Assembly: GCA_002794465.1 (NCBI GenBank)
Contig: MTSL01000117.1
Location: 64,375 to 96,374 of the forward strand
Direction of reading: 5' to 3'
Length of the DNA: 32,000 nt
Origin: Paramicrosporidium saccamoebae KSL3
Taxonomy: Eukaryota > Fungi > Cryptomycota
In this document: in pieces, positions 19,876 through 29,802 of the stretch
Layout: every line of letters begins with the position of its first letter
Position numbering within the stretch: position 1 is the first letter of the stretch
Notes under the pieces: model-generated
The model's input: the letters and a program-made list of their open reading frames with translations, nothing else
Databases searched by the model: none
Told to the model about the DNA's origin: nothing
Made by a program: the position numbers and the translations under genes

Positions 19876-21590
19876 CTATAAGTCATCGCTCATGATTATT
19901 GGATTATGTTTAACCATCGACAGGACGGGATGGGCTGGTACAAAATCCACATGGCCCAACGAATTAGCCACAATAATCTTGCCTAGCACTTTGTTGGTGA
20001 TGATACCTCTCTCTACCAACACTGCCATTCCCTGCAGATCGCCCTCCTCGCGCTGTTCCATGATGGCCTGCGCTCTTTTCGCTCCAATTTCCTTCAACTC
20101 TTTAATCTCCTTCAGTGTGCCGTAATTGAAAATTCGTAGCAATTCGGGCTCCACCAAAGGCATTAGCTGAACAACTTGGGGATCTAGTGGGTCGTCATTC
20201 ACCCTTCTTTGACGCGGTTTCCTGGGCTTTTTGCTCAATGGGCTGGTCGCTTCCATACGGAGCAGACTTTTCAAGTCGTTACCTTTGAGGAGAGGACTGA
20301 GAATGGTTCCCTTGGACATTTCTCGTAGTTTCTGGGCAACCTTTTCCTCAATCCTCTTTTCCAAGATCATTGTCTGTAGGGAACTTGGCTGGGAAGTATT
20401 GAATGGATTTTCCTTGGATTTTTTCGAATCCACTGACGATATTGTGGCAGGCGAAGAGCTTTTCACCCGCTTTCCTCTGTGCACCGTCTCCACATTATCG
20501 GAAATCCTCTTCCGCTCCTCAATCTGCTCGGCCAACTTGACATTATTCTCAATCAGCCTCGTCTTTGAGGCAAAATTCAGCGTATTATTCGTCTCCATGG
20601 TATCTGAAGACGCCACATTGGCAATGATCAGGGCATATGCATGTCCCCCGAGGGAATCTTGCAGTAATCGGGTGAGTTTGCTGTCACGATATGGGATGCG
20701 ACTGGCACCTAAATTGAGGGCATCAACCACTTGTCCCAGCACAAAGAGCGATTTGTTGATAGCGCCGCTCTCAATCAGCCGTTCTCCCGCATTGGCAGTC
20801 CGCCGATTGTCTTCCGATCCTGCCAAATCAATCAAATGCAACTTGACCCGCGTGTTCCCAAACGGCACTTGAATCGTTAAACACGAATGCGATCTGCTGG
20901 AATGCGCATTTAGCTTTGTTGCCGCAGTCCGACGATTTGCAATACCTCGTGACCATAGACGTTCAAATTCCCCCAGTGATGCCACACGGGTGACTGTCAG
21001 GTCAGGAATCAAAATCTGATGATTGGCGTCTTCTCGGATAGGCAAGTCAATAGAGGCGGGGTTAGGGGACAACAGGTCATACACTTTTTCCTTGTAGATT
21101 TCCAAGTAGGATATCCTCAGGTCAGTGGCCTGTGGGATGGGGCTTCTGTTTTGTCGCTTTGGAATCTCTTCCAGCAGATATTGCACTGTCAAAGGTATCA
21201 TTCCTACAAATTGGGAAAAAACATGGAAAGAGTACCCGGAGCGGCTAGTGTTCCCTCCATTGTAAAAGTCTTCCCCGCCCCCGTATTTCCGTAGGCAAAA
21301 ATTGTGGCATTGTAACCTGCCAATGTCCTCTCCACCACCGGCACCACATCAGTTGCAAATAGCGAAATCTGTGTCGACTCGGGTCCATAACACCCGTCGA
21401 ATGTGTATGCGAGCAATTCGGTGGGATTCCGCGGGTTAGGGAGTCGGGCTGTGCGGCCATGGAGGGTGAGCGCCGCATTCTTGGGCTCCTGCGCAAGTTT
21501 GGGACGTGCGCGGAGGATGGCGCGCACTGCTGCTGGGCCCGTTGGAGAGGCGGATGGGGAGAGACGCTGTGGTCCCTTTGCCGCCAACAT
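19876..21590 (-). CDS. Kinesin-10 / KIF22 (Kid)-like chromokinesin, ~560 aa
   Basis: Exons 21590-21236 and 21203-19876; 32-nt intron GTAC..TAG. Motor motifs FAYGNTGAGKTFTM, NAHSSRSH, LIDLAGSED, RIPYRDSKLTRLLQDSLGG; C-terminal helix-hairpin-helix (LKEIKELKEIGAKRAQAI). Confidence 0.88.
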
Positions 21591-21630
21591 TGCTACCCCG
21601 CCCCGAGGATGGCCTGTCTAACAATATGCT

Positions 21631-22019
21631 TTATTTTACAGTGTTGGCATGATGGTTCAGCCAAGTATAGAATTGCTGTCGATGGATATATGCTATGCAT
21701 TCTGGGTCGCGAATCTGTCTCCGGAACGAGGCAAACTGCAACAGCTGCAGCATTGTCAATCCATTGGGATATCTAATAGATAAGCATGGTTGGTTTACGG
21801 GTACGTAAAGAAACGGACGTACTGCGGGTGGCCTAGGTACAACAAATACTCCAAATATGCCAGAAACTTGGCATCCTCCAATGCGCCCTGCTGCGACAAG
21901 ACTACCCCACATTATGCACCAGATTCCACAATACAGAGGAGATAGGCGGGATTGGCAAGACACTGCACAAATTCCAGTTCAAGGGCAAAGCGTTCCCTCT
22001 CCTGCACCGTCTTTGTCAT
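21631..22019 (-). CDS. MED31: Mediator subunit Med31/Soh1, ~107 aa
   Basis: Exons 22019-21935, 21901-21805, 21772-21631; introns of 33 and 32 nt. Spliced product RFALELEFVQCLANPAYLLFLSQQG...FLAYLEYLLY..HPQYVRFFTYPNGL.MLQLLQ..SFR. The reading frame stays open upstream to an ATG at 22184. Confidence 0.92.
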
Positions 22020-22263
22020 GACCAGGGAACCCTGATCTCGGACAATAAGGTTACATGCAGCGTCATGACATATAAGCGCAGACGCCGAATGGATGGCCAC
22101 GCTCTCCATGAATTCATCCGTCCATGATTTGCCTGTCGCATTGGTAACCTTCCAGGAGGCTGCACTCCTCATGATAATCGGCATCGTATTCTATTCATTG
22201 CTGGAAATATACATCACCCCACTAATCCTGTAAGTCTATTGCAATTCCGTGAAAATAAAAGAA

Positions 22264-22662
22264 ATGTTTTCGCTCATTGATCAACGATGGGCCGTTGTTC
22301 TGCTCCTGTTTGGACTGCTTCTCCTCTACATTGGATTGCATCCAAATCCCATGCTCTTCTCCAGACTCAATGAGCGGCGTCTATTGGGAATTGCTGGCGA
22401 TCATTGGCTTCACTTCTGGGCATTTTTTATTCTTTCGGGGCTCGTTCCTCGTGTAATTTCGCCACTGTCTGTTGCCTGGCTCATGCTAATTGCATTGGCG
22501 GTGGGCAGTGAGTTGCTACAAGGGCTTTGGCCATGGCGGACATTCGACCATTATGACATTTTGGCCAATTTCTGCGGCTTGCTACTCGGTAATGTAGCAG
22601 TTTGGCTAGTGACGCACCGCAACCATTCAGCGTTGGAACAGCATCCGATGAGCTTGGTGTGA
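22264..22662 (+). CDS. VanZ-like small membrane protein, ~132 aa
   Basis: DHWLHFWAFFIL, GSELLQGLWPWRTFDHYDILANFCG and ~4 TM helices. ATG at 22264; the track start at 22249 is GTG. Confidence 0.8.
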   Translation: MFSLIDQRWAVVLLLFGLLLLYIGLHPNPMLFSRLNERRLLGIAGDHWLHFWAFFILSGLVPRVISPLSVAWLMLIALAVGSELLQGLWPWRTFDHYDILANFCGLLLGNVAVWLVTHRNHSALEQHPMSLV

Positions 22663-22789
22663 CCCATTAATCCTAAAGCTATCGGTAGTTTACGCTGTTC
22701 AGAAGAGTGCAGATTTCTATTACGTACTTTGATCGATATGTAAATATACAAATTATCCGAGCTCCTTACAATGTGCGCTTTGCCACTCA

Positions 22790-23003
22790 TCAGAGCTCAC
22801 TCCCAATATGTAACCGTCCATTAGAGTCCACTTTCAGTGTACAACCATCCATTAGAGCCCACTTTCAATGTACAATCATTCATTAAAGCTCATTCCCAAT
22901 GTACAACCATCCATTAAAATTCACCTTCAATGTAAAACTACCCAAAGCTCACCTTCCGTGTACAACTAAGCTCACCTTCAGTGTACAACTATCCAGAGCT
23001 CAC
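22790..23003. repeat. Degenerate minisatellite, ~8 units of 23-31 bp, running into the cyclin stop codon
   Basis: TGTACAACCATCCATTAGAGC(C/T)CAC(T/C)TTCAA-like units; the final unit's AGCTCAC contains the cyclin TGA (23000-23002). Confidence 0.85.
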
Positions 23004-24064
23004 TTTTTTTCAAAGCGCATTGTGCAACTCTCCATCAGGTCATCATACCAAGTCGGAGCAGTCTGTCTCCATTCTCCCGGATACATGACGTTCCAGAAGG
23101 TAGAAGCAATTTGGACAACATTTCGACAGGTCCCCGAGATGGCGAGCACATGAGAGAGGGCAAAGACGGTCCATCGGGGAATTGAGAAACACGGATGACG
23201 AGGCGATCCCGTGGCGAGATATCCGTCGAGAAAGATTTCCGTCTTCTTGGCCAGTTGCCGTCGGGCATGCAGATCCCAATTGGGAAAGCAATCGAGTAGA
23301 GAATATGCCAGAATGATGGGTGTCACAATGTCCGAGATTCGCCACTCAATTACCTTCATTACCTTTTGCTCCATCTTTAGCACTGAAGCCACAGTAGGTG
23401 GTGAGAATAGGGGCGGACAGTGCTTATTCTTCAGAATGGCCTTTGAAAAGTCTGCAATGTTCGGGTCCTCCTCCTCGTTGTACTTGAAGGCGACCATAAG
23501 AACAGCCACGTAGAGCTGGTTGCGGACCGATGCAATCCTGGGTACCACCATCCGACAATACCGTGCAAGGATTCCATAGGCCAGAAATGCTGTATCAATC
23601 GATGCATTATACTTTGCACAGACTGGATAGAATACGGTGGCCAATGCCGTTTCCAGCTCGCTTTTGGTGGTTCGAGAAACTTGCACATCTCTAAAGGGAG
23701 AGGGCTCCTCCATTCGTAGTAGCATTCGTTCTACCCGTTCCGTCTGGCTCCCTCCCTCAAAAAAGTCACGCATCTCAATCACTGCCTCTCCATCCAAATC
23801 GCTGTTGAAGCGCGGCCCAAACGAACAATGCTCCTCCTGCCCCCTCACCCTGCGCATCTCCTCAGTTTCAATTCCCCTCCTACGGCGTTTCCGTTGCACA
23901 GCCAGCTGGGCTGTCTTTCGAGTGATGCGTCCTAACAGTGGCAGACACGGGCCAGTTCCGGCAGGGATGACAGTGAGGGGAATGCTGATGATGTGTTTAG
24001 GAGAGGGTCGGTCCTCAAGAGAGGTGGGTGTGGGATACATGGTGGGGGCGGGGCGAGGGGACAT
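23000..24064 (-). CDS. Divergent cyclin-fold protein, 354 aa
   Basis: Cyclin-box pattern AFLAYGILARYC...QLYVAVLMVAFKYNEE..P.IADF...VLKMEQKVMKVIEWRI..VTP; basic N-terminal KRRRRG. Confidence 0.75.
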   Translation of the reverse strand: MSPRPAPTMYPTPTSLEDRPSPKHIISIPLTVIPAGTGPCLPLLGRITRKTAQLAVQRKRRRRGIETEEMRRVRGQEEHCSFGPRFNSDLDGEAVIEMRDFFEGGSQTERVERMLLRMEEPSPFRDVQVSRTTKSELETALATVFYPVCAKYNASIDTAFLAYGILARYCRMVVPRIASVRNQLYVAVLMVAFKYNEEEDPNIADFSKAILKNKHCPPLFSPPTVASVLKMEQKVMKVIEWRISDIVTPIILAYSLLDCFPNWDLHARRQLAKKTEIFLDGYLATGSPRHPCFSIPRWTVFALSHVLAISGTCRNVVQIASTFWNVMYPGEWRQTAPTWYDDLMESCTMRFEKK

Positions 24065-24135
24065 GACGAAAAACTGTCAAAGAAATCCTCTTTATTTTTA
24101 ACTTAAATCAATTGATCAGATCGCGTTAATCTCGT

Positions 24136-24879
24136 TTATATGGGTGGTAAGAGGGCAGATGGTCGGAATCTGGCCTCTGGAAACCGTTGCAGATACCAAT
24201 AAAGCGTACTCTGTGCCGAAATGTACAAATTGGCGCTGACAAAAGCTAGATTTAGCACCATCAGTGTTGACCAGCCAGAGAGATAAGCAAACCAAGCATA
24301 CATGGCTATTTCGAGCATATAATGTGGGCATAGGGTATATCTGAATTCAAGAAACAGATCACCGAGCGGTAAATACTCACCCTTTTGTCTGGACTCGTAC
24401 AATAGGCGATGCAAGTAATGCTGCCATATGTTCAGAGCCACTAAGGCTAGTGTAGCAATTGGATGGAATTGAAAGTGCACTTTGCAGAGGAGAAAGGTGA
24501 GCACCAAAACTGGATAATACGAAATGCCCACCAATCCATGGATAATGTGCATCCGACTATTCGCAGAATACGGCAACACAATGGTCTCTCCCATTCGTCT
24601 TGTCAAATGCACCAACAAGAGCCAGTCTTGTATTCCCTGAAAGGACAGTAGTGCTGTGGAAGCTACGATACCGACCATGTAGAAATAAGTAAAGTATTGC
24701 TTTGGCAATTGCAAGCTGCTGGACAAGGACACTTTGCCGTGCGTAACCAGCGGGTCGGTGAGATACGATTGTCTAAACGTGCACAGCAACATGCACAACA
24801 GTCCCACCAGGTAATAGCCGGCCACATAATCTCCAGTGACGTGAAATCCGGCTATATTGCATCCAGCAGTGTCCCACAT
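24136..24879 (-). CDS. DFG10: Polyprenol/polyprenal reductase Dfg10/SRD5A3-like, ~247 aa
   Basis: HGK, LPKQYFTYFY, HLTRRMGE, SRMHIIHGLVGISYY, QHYLH, CPHYMLEI, NLYISA..T..WY..RF: steroid 5-alpha-reductase family. First ATG at 24879. Confidence 0.85.
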   Translation of the reverse strand: MWDTAGCNIAGFHVTGDYVAGYYLVGLLCMLLCTFRQSYLTDPLVTHGKVSLSSSLQLPKQYFTYFYMVGIVASTALLSFQGIQDWLLLVHLTRRMGETIVLPYSANSRMHIIHGLVGISYYPVLVLTFLLCKVHFQFHPIATLALVALNIWQHYLHRLLYESRQKGEYLPLGDLFLEFRYTLCPHYMLEIAMYAWFAYLSGWSTLMVLNLAFVSANLYISAQSTLYWYLQRFPEARFRPSALLPPI

Positions 24880-24912
24880 AGCCACCGCGGTTCAACGTTT
24901 ATGTGTTATGAA

Positions 24913-27889
24913 TTACAATTTACAGAGTGCGGTGGATAGCTCTTCCAAACTAAACTTGCATCTGTGCGAGTCGAGTAGCTGGTGGAGCAAGGTTGAATCG
25001 CCGTCACAGACAAAGGACCAGATTGCAGCCTCGTCCATAGCATCGGCTTCTTCCAACATTTGGCAGACGGCACTACATCGGCCACTAACCGGACCATCCA
25101 ATTTAAGTGCTTTGACGTCTATCGGGTTAGTAGCGTCAATAGCAAGCACCTTGCTCCGTGACCATCATGAAGGAAGCGAGGATTTCTGACAATGTCGCTG
25201 GCGGAACCACAAATTTGTTCACAAATCCTTCCCTCTGGAGAATTTCCATAAAAGTCCAATCACGGAATGTGAGTATTTTGTCAGTCAGCTTGGAGATTAC
25301 CTCGTCCGGCGGGGTGTAGCCACGATCACGGGCAAGTCTTAGCAATCCACAGAACACCTATTTTTAGCCAAACGGCCCAATGGCTTACCGGAGTATTTCG
25401 ACTGTCATAAGATACTTCTAGCAAATCGGACAGTTCCTCCATCGCCAATGGATTCTCTGCATTAAATCCCTCAGCACTGCTTATGCGGAAGAAACTCCAC
25501 GCAACATCCACTTGGTGCGCAGAGACTGAGGCTTTGAACAGCTTTGGGAACGGGCCAAGAATCTCGAGTATGCGTGTCGCATCGGAGATTTCGATTCTCC
25601 TTAAGAAATTTGCCAGGCATTCGCGAAACGTCCTCGGTCCCAGCACTGACCCAAGCACTTCGGTAAGTTTGCGGTACAATAAATTTTGTTCAGCTTGTTG
25701 GGTCGTATTCAAAATTTCCAGGAGGAAAAGTTCAATCAAGAGCTTGAATTCACCAGCATGATCATCTCCAAAGGAACGCGAAATTGTTTTCGCCGTCTCT
25801 GAAAACTCGACAGCTGTTTGGACTTGGAGCTGCTGAAGGAGAAATGCCGGAATCAGCGATACTGTCTGGTTTATGGAGATTCTTTGCAAATTCCGCTCAC
25901 CCCAACCGAGGTGCGTGGATTGCTCCAATAGGGTGAGTAGTCCCCCAGCAATTTTGGGATAGAATGCACACGGCATACCATCCAATTCAAGCTTAAACTC
26001 GTCGGACTGTAGGAATGGCCATTTAATACATTGGACAGTCTTTCCAGCAACAATAACAACCCAAATTTGTCCTGATGGTTGCCATATGAAAAAATCATCC
26101 ACGTGAGTTGGCTTTAATATTTTGGCAGCAATATCCCGATGCTCTGCTTCCTCTCCCTGGGGTGGCACCAGCACCGAGAACAGAACTTGTCCCCTCTGAA
26201 CGACAAAGAGATGGAATTGCTTACCTGCATAAAGTGCGTTGGAGATGAAGGCAAACTTCCAGGCTGACGGATCGAGCGATGCGTCTGAAAATGACGTGAA
26301 CGAAGCAGAGATTAGAATTTCCATGCTGAATGGGCCTTTGTCGTAAGAAAGCTTGATGATCTGCAGAATAAACTCGCCTGATAGGATTCCCAGTTGTCCA
26401 TGGCCGCATGCGTTCAAGGCCACCACGTTTTTGCTTGCAACTTGTCGATGAAGGACATTTTTGATTCGCAACTCTGCCTTTGGGGATATAATCCAAAATT
26501 CACATTGCCCATTGTACATTCCGGACACGGCCAGCAGCTTTTCACTTCCACACTCTACCCACGTCATATGGTCCACAGTAAATTCTTGTTCCTCTCTCGG
26601 GTCACTGAACAATTTCCATCGTCGCTGCGACATGTGACATAAACAGAATCCTGTTTTCCCGGCAACGGCGACCCATTCACCGGTCGGATCAATGATCACA
26701 CGGCGGATCGGACCATTGAGCTTTCCTTGCATGTAGAGATCAAATGGGACATCGATTACTTCCCACAGAAAGGAATGGTCTCGAATACTAATGGCCGTGG
26801 AGTCATCTTCGGCGGCTTGAGCCGAAAAGAGACCTCGGGATATTCGGAGATGCATTAATTGGCCAGAACACTCCAAAAAGGCCAATTTCGAGTTGCACCC
26901 GCTGGTGATACCCAGTCGCGCCAGAGAATATTTGAAAATAAACTGTTCGCCTGAGATTGACTCGGCCAAAAGGAGGAGAGATGTTCCAACCGTACACATC
27001 AGAAAGCTCAACACTTTGGCAACGGCCCTCTCTGGCGAAAAGTCAATTCTCTGCACAAATGTTCCTTGTGAATCGTAAAACTTGACAACCGTAGAGTCTG
27101 CAATGGCGAGGAGATTTGACGTGATCCAAGCTACACAAGATGGCTCAGTATCAGCTTTGATCTTGGTGAGAATGGGCGCACCTAGCCTATGCAGATCTAT
27201 GACCACCACCCCCAATTCACAAATGTGGGCCAATAAGCCACGCTTCCTATGAATGTCAATCCGAGCGTCTGCCTCTTTCACAGTTCCCATGGGAATGAGG
27301 ATTTTTGCAGTACGGAGATCGATAACTCGTCCATCAGGCATGAAATATTCATAGACGAAAAACCCATCAGAGGTCATTTGTCCAAGACAGCCGTCCTTTG
27401 TCAGGACCAAGTTTGAAGATGTCGTGGCCGGCGACATTGGTGCATCGCCCGTTATTGGCCTCCCAACTCCATCAAGCGTGCAGTCAAACACCAAACTTAC
27501 TGACGGTGTGGCAAGTGTCATGTCTGAATGTGTATTGGTCTTGGAAGGCAGAACGGAGGTCGGAGTAGCGACTACCCGAAACCTGTCTGCTTTGCCATTC
27601 TGTGTCTTTACATCTACCGCATCCCCGTCCCACTTTTGCACCAACGCATATCCACCTTCAGTCTCATCTAGAAATGATGTTGGTCGTTCCTGATGTGCCA
27701 GTAAACACAATGGCTAAAACATTAACATGGGCCCTGCAGCCATACTGACAATGACCAGAGGGATACAGCCCGGGGGCCCACGGCTATGAATAATGCGCGC
27801 TTGGAATCGGGGCATTTGTAGAGAACAGAATATGTGCCGCAATCTAGGGTAGGCAGTTGAAGAACTGTAGGTGTGCCCACCAGGAACAT
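24913..27889 (-). CDS. RIC1: Rab6/Ypt6 GEF subunit Ric1, ~960 aa
   Basis: Exons 27889-27746, 27713-25389, 25357-25150, 25118-24913; introns of 32, 31 and 31 nt (the last GTGC..ACTAAC..TAG). RIC1-like N-terminus, WVAVAGKTGF.....RRWKLF....EEQEF, and a RIC1 domain (CLANFLRRIEI...PKLF). Confidence 0.8.
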
Positions 27890-27913
27890 TTTGGCTCCCG
27901 GGGTGCGGCGAGC

Positions 27914-28322
27914 ATGGATGAGCTATTCGACCTTCCTCGGTAATCCACCTGATCGTGTTGCCAATATTCGTAGAAAGTACCAAGAAGAAGGCTATCAGGA
28001 AGGTTTGAGCGCTGGCAAACGGCGGGGCTTTGAAGAGGGCTATATGCTTGGGGGTGAGGAGGGCGTCAAGCTTGGTCGGGAACTCGGCCAGATAGCCGGT
28101 CGACTCTTCCAGCTCCTCTCCCAAAACCCTCCAGAGAATACGGCCAGGAAGATTTCGAGGACGCTGCAAGAGATCCTGGCAGTGTCCTTTGCAAATCAGG
28201 AGGATTTGGAAAAGGAAGTGCGGATTTCCAGGATACGTGGTGCCTACAAGGAGCTGTCCACCATTCTAAATGTATCGATGCCAAAGTCTGTCGTATCAGA
28301 TAAGGCCAAGTTTGACTTTTAA
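27914..28322 (+). CDS. LTO1: Lto1/ORAOV1 (Yae1_N family; Fe-S delivery to Rli1/ABCE1), ~124 aa
   Basis: Exons 27914-27939 and 27974-28322; 34-nt intron GTAA..TAG. Product MDELFDLPRKYQEEGYQEG...GFEEG...G..LG.ELG; C-terminus RIRGAYKELSTILNV....F as in ORAOV1. Confidence 0.75.
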
Positions 28323-28535
28323 ACGGTCATGTAGATTTTAATAGACAAATATCGGTTATTCATATTGTAAAGTAGTGGAATGTTTAGCTGGGTGTTGAAT
28401 CTTCAATGTTTGGACATTCTATGCTGGTGAGCCCATACCAGTTGGTAATAAAGTTCCCTGTTGTCCATTTAAATTTATATTGACACCGTGGTATTACTCC
28501 TACCCTACCACGCCATAATACAACGGCATAGTGGT

Positions 28536-29437
28536 ATGGATGTGCCCGAGGAGCACGAAGCAATTGTCCACACCAATGACGAGGCCCTTTCTTGTAGAAT
28601 AGCGTTAGACATGAGCGGCATGTTTCCTGACCCGTTTGCCAGGTTATTCCAGCGACACGTCCACTACGAACCAACCTCTCCCCTCATACTTCGCGGTATG
28701 CAGCCTTGATTTTGATTAACCCCCTAGGAACATTTATTAGAACCAAGGCAATAGACAACGTACTGCTAAATATAGCGTCAACGGAACCGGTGCAGGTAGT
28801 GACGTTGGGAGCGGGATTTGATACGCGTTGGCATCGGCTCTATGATCAGTTGGCGAATGTGACGCGATATCTGGAGATTGACTTTAGAGAGGTTGTCCAT
28901 AAAAAGCAAAGGATCCTTGGTCAACAAATGCCCTCTCAGGATCCTCGCTATGCGATGGCAGCTTTTGACATGGAGCAGGATGACCAAGCGCTGTTGGAAT
29001 TTTTGCAGATTAATAGTCTCAGCTTGGGGGTCAAGACTATATTTATTGCCGAGTGCTTCTTGATGTATTTGGGTCAGCTAAGAGTCCAAAGGCTACTTAC
29101 GACATTGTCTATGCATTTCCCTATCGGCTCTCAAGTTATTCTGTATGATGCCGCTTTTATAGAAAATGACCGGTTTTCGTCATTTATGGTGGAGAATTTT
29201 GCCCGTCGCAATATCAGACTCGATCCTTTCTGGGTGCTCTCTCCTGAACAGATATGCAACGTGTGGGCGCCCGTCTGGACTACCCTCGATCTCCAAAACA
29301 TGAGCAATCTAGAGCAATCACCATATCTCACCGAGGATGACAAATTGATTCTTCGCACTCGGAGCATTCTCGACGAATACGAAGAATGGGCACTAGTCAG
29401 TTCCCATTACTACCTTGCAATCCTCAATAAACAATGA
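28536..29437 (+). CDS. PPM1: Leucine carboxyl methyltransferase Ppm1/LCMT1, ~289 aa
   Basis: Exons 28536-28695 and 28728-29437; 32-nt intron GTAT..TTAAC..TAG restores SPLILRG|TFIRT. Also QVVTLGAGFDTR, EIDF, AECFLMYL, LDEYEEW..VSSHY. PPM1 versus PPM2/TYW4 is judged only by the lack of a Kelch tail. Confidence 0.85.
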
Positions 29438-29802
29438 ACCCGGCTACCGCGAATCCTGTTACATCACGGAGGGAGGGGGGAGGGTTGGATTGAAAAGGCG
29501 CAATCAGCCTGTCTTACACGCTGAATGCACAGTCGGTTGATTGCTTTGTATTTTGAATGCACAAGATTCTTTATTGGGATCCCTAACCCGTAATTATATC
29601 ATCTCACACTAGCTGGGAGGTTAGTAATAAAAGTTTGCTAAACAGTACCCACTTGTTATTGGCGAGTCCGACCCAGCTAGTAATCTCACAAACCATTCCT
29701 ACGATATTATGCATGGCTGCCTATATGCCACATACTATAATACAACTAATTCGCTCATCAATAGACCCTTTACTGGAATCCCTGAGTTGTAATTATATTA
29801 TC

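Noticed and set aside
22790-23003. CRISPR-like array
   Set aside because: Units are contiguous degenerate copies with no unique spacers, there are no cas genes, and the host is eukaryotic
28384-28470. Short minus-strand ORF MDNRELYYQL... in the LTO1-PPM1 gap
   Set aside because: Only 21 codons unspliced; extending it needs a 20-nt intron outside the local size range; no recognisable motif
5071-29437. Functional cluster of nutrient/TORC1 genes (transporter, AMS1, DBT, GTR1, PPM1) or ribosome-QC genes (DHH1, CUE3, LTO1)
   Set aside because: They are interspersed with unrelated housekeeping genes; such themes arise easily among ~22 genes, and I saw no shared motif
29581-29589. CCCTAACCC as a telomerase RNA template or telomeric seed
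   Set aside because: Only 9 nt; the same word occurs inside the kinesin CDS (21433-21441), so chance suffices, and no supporting structure was seen
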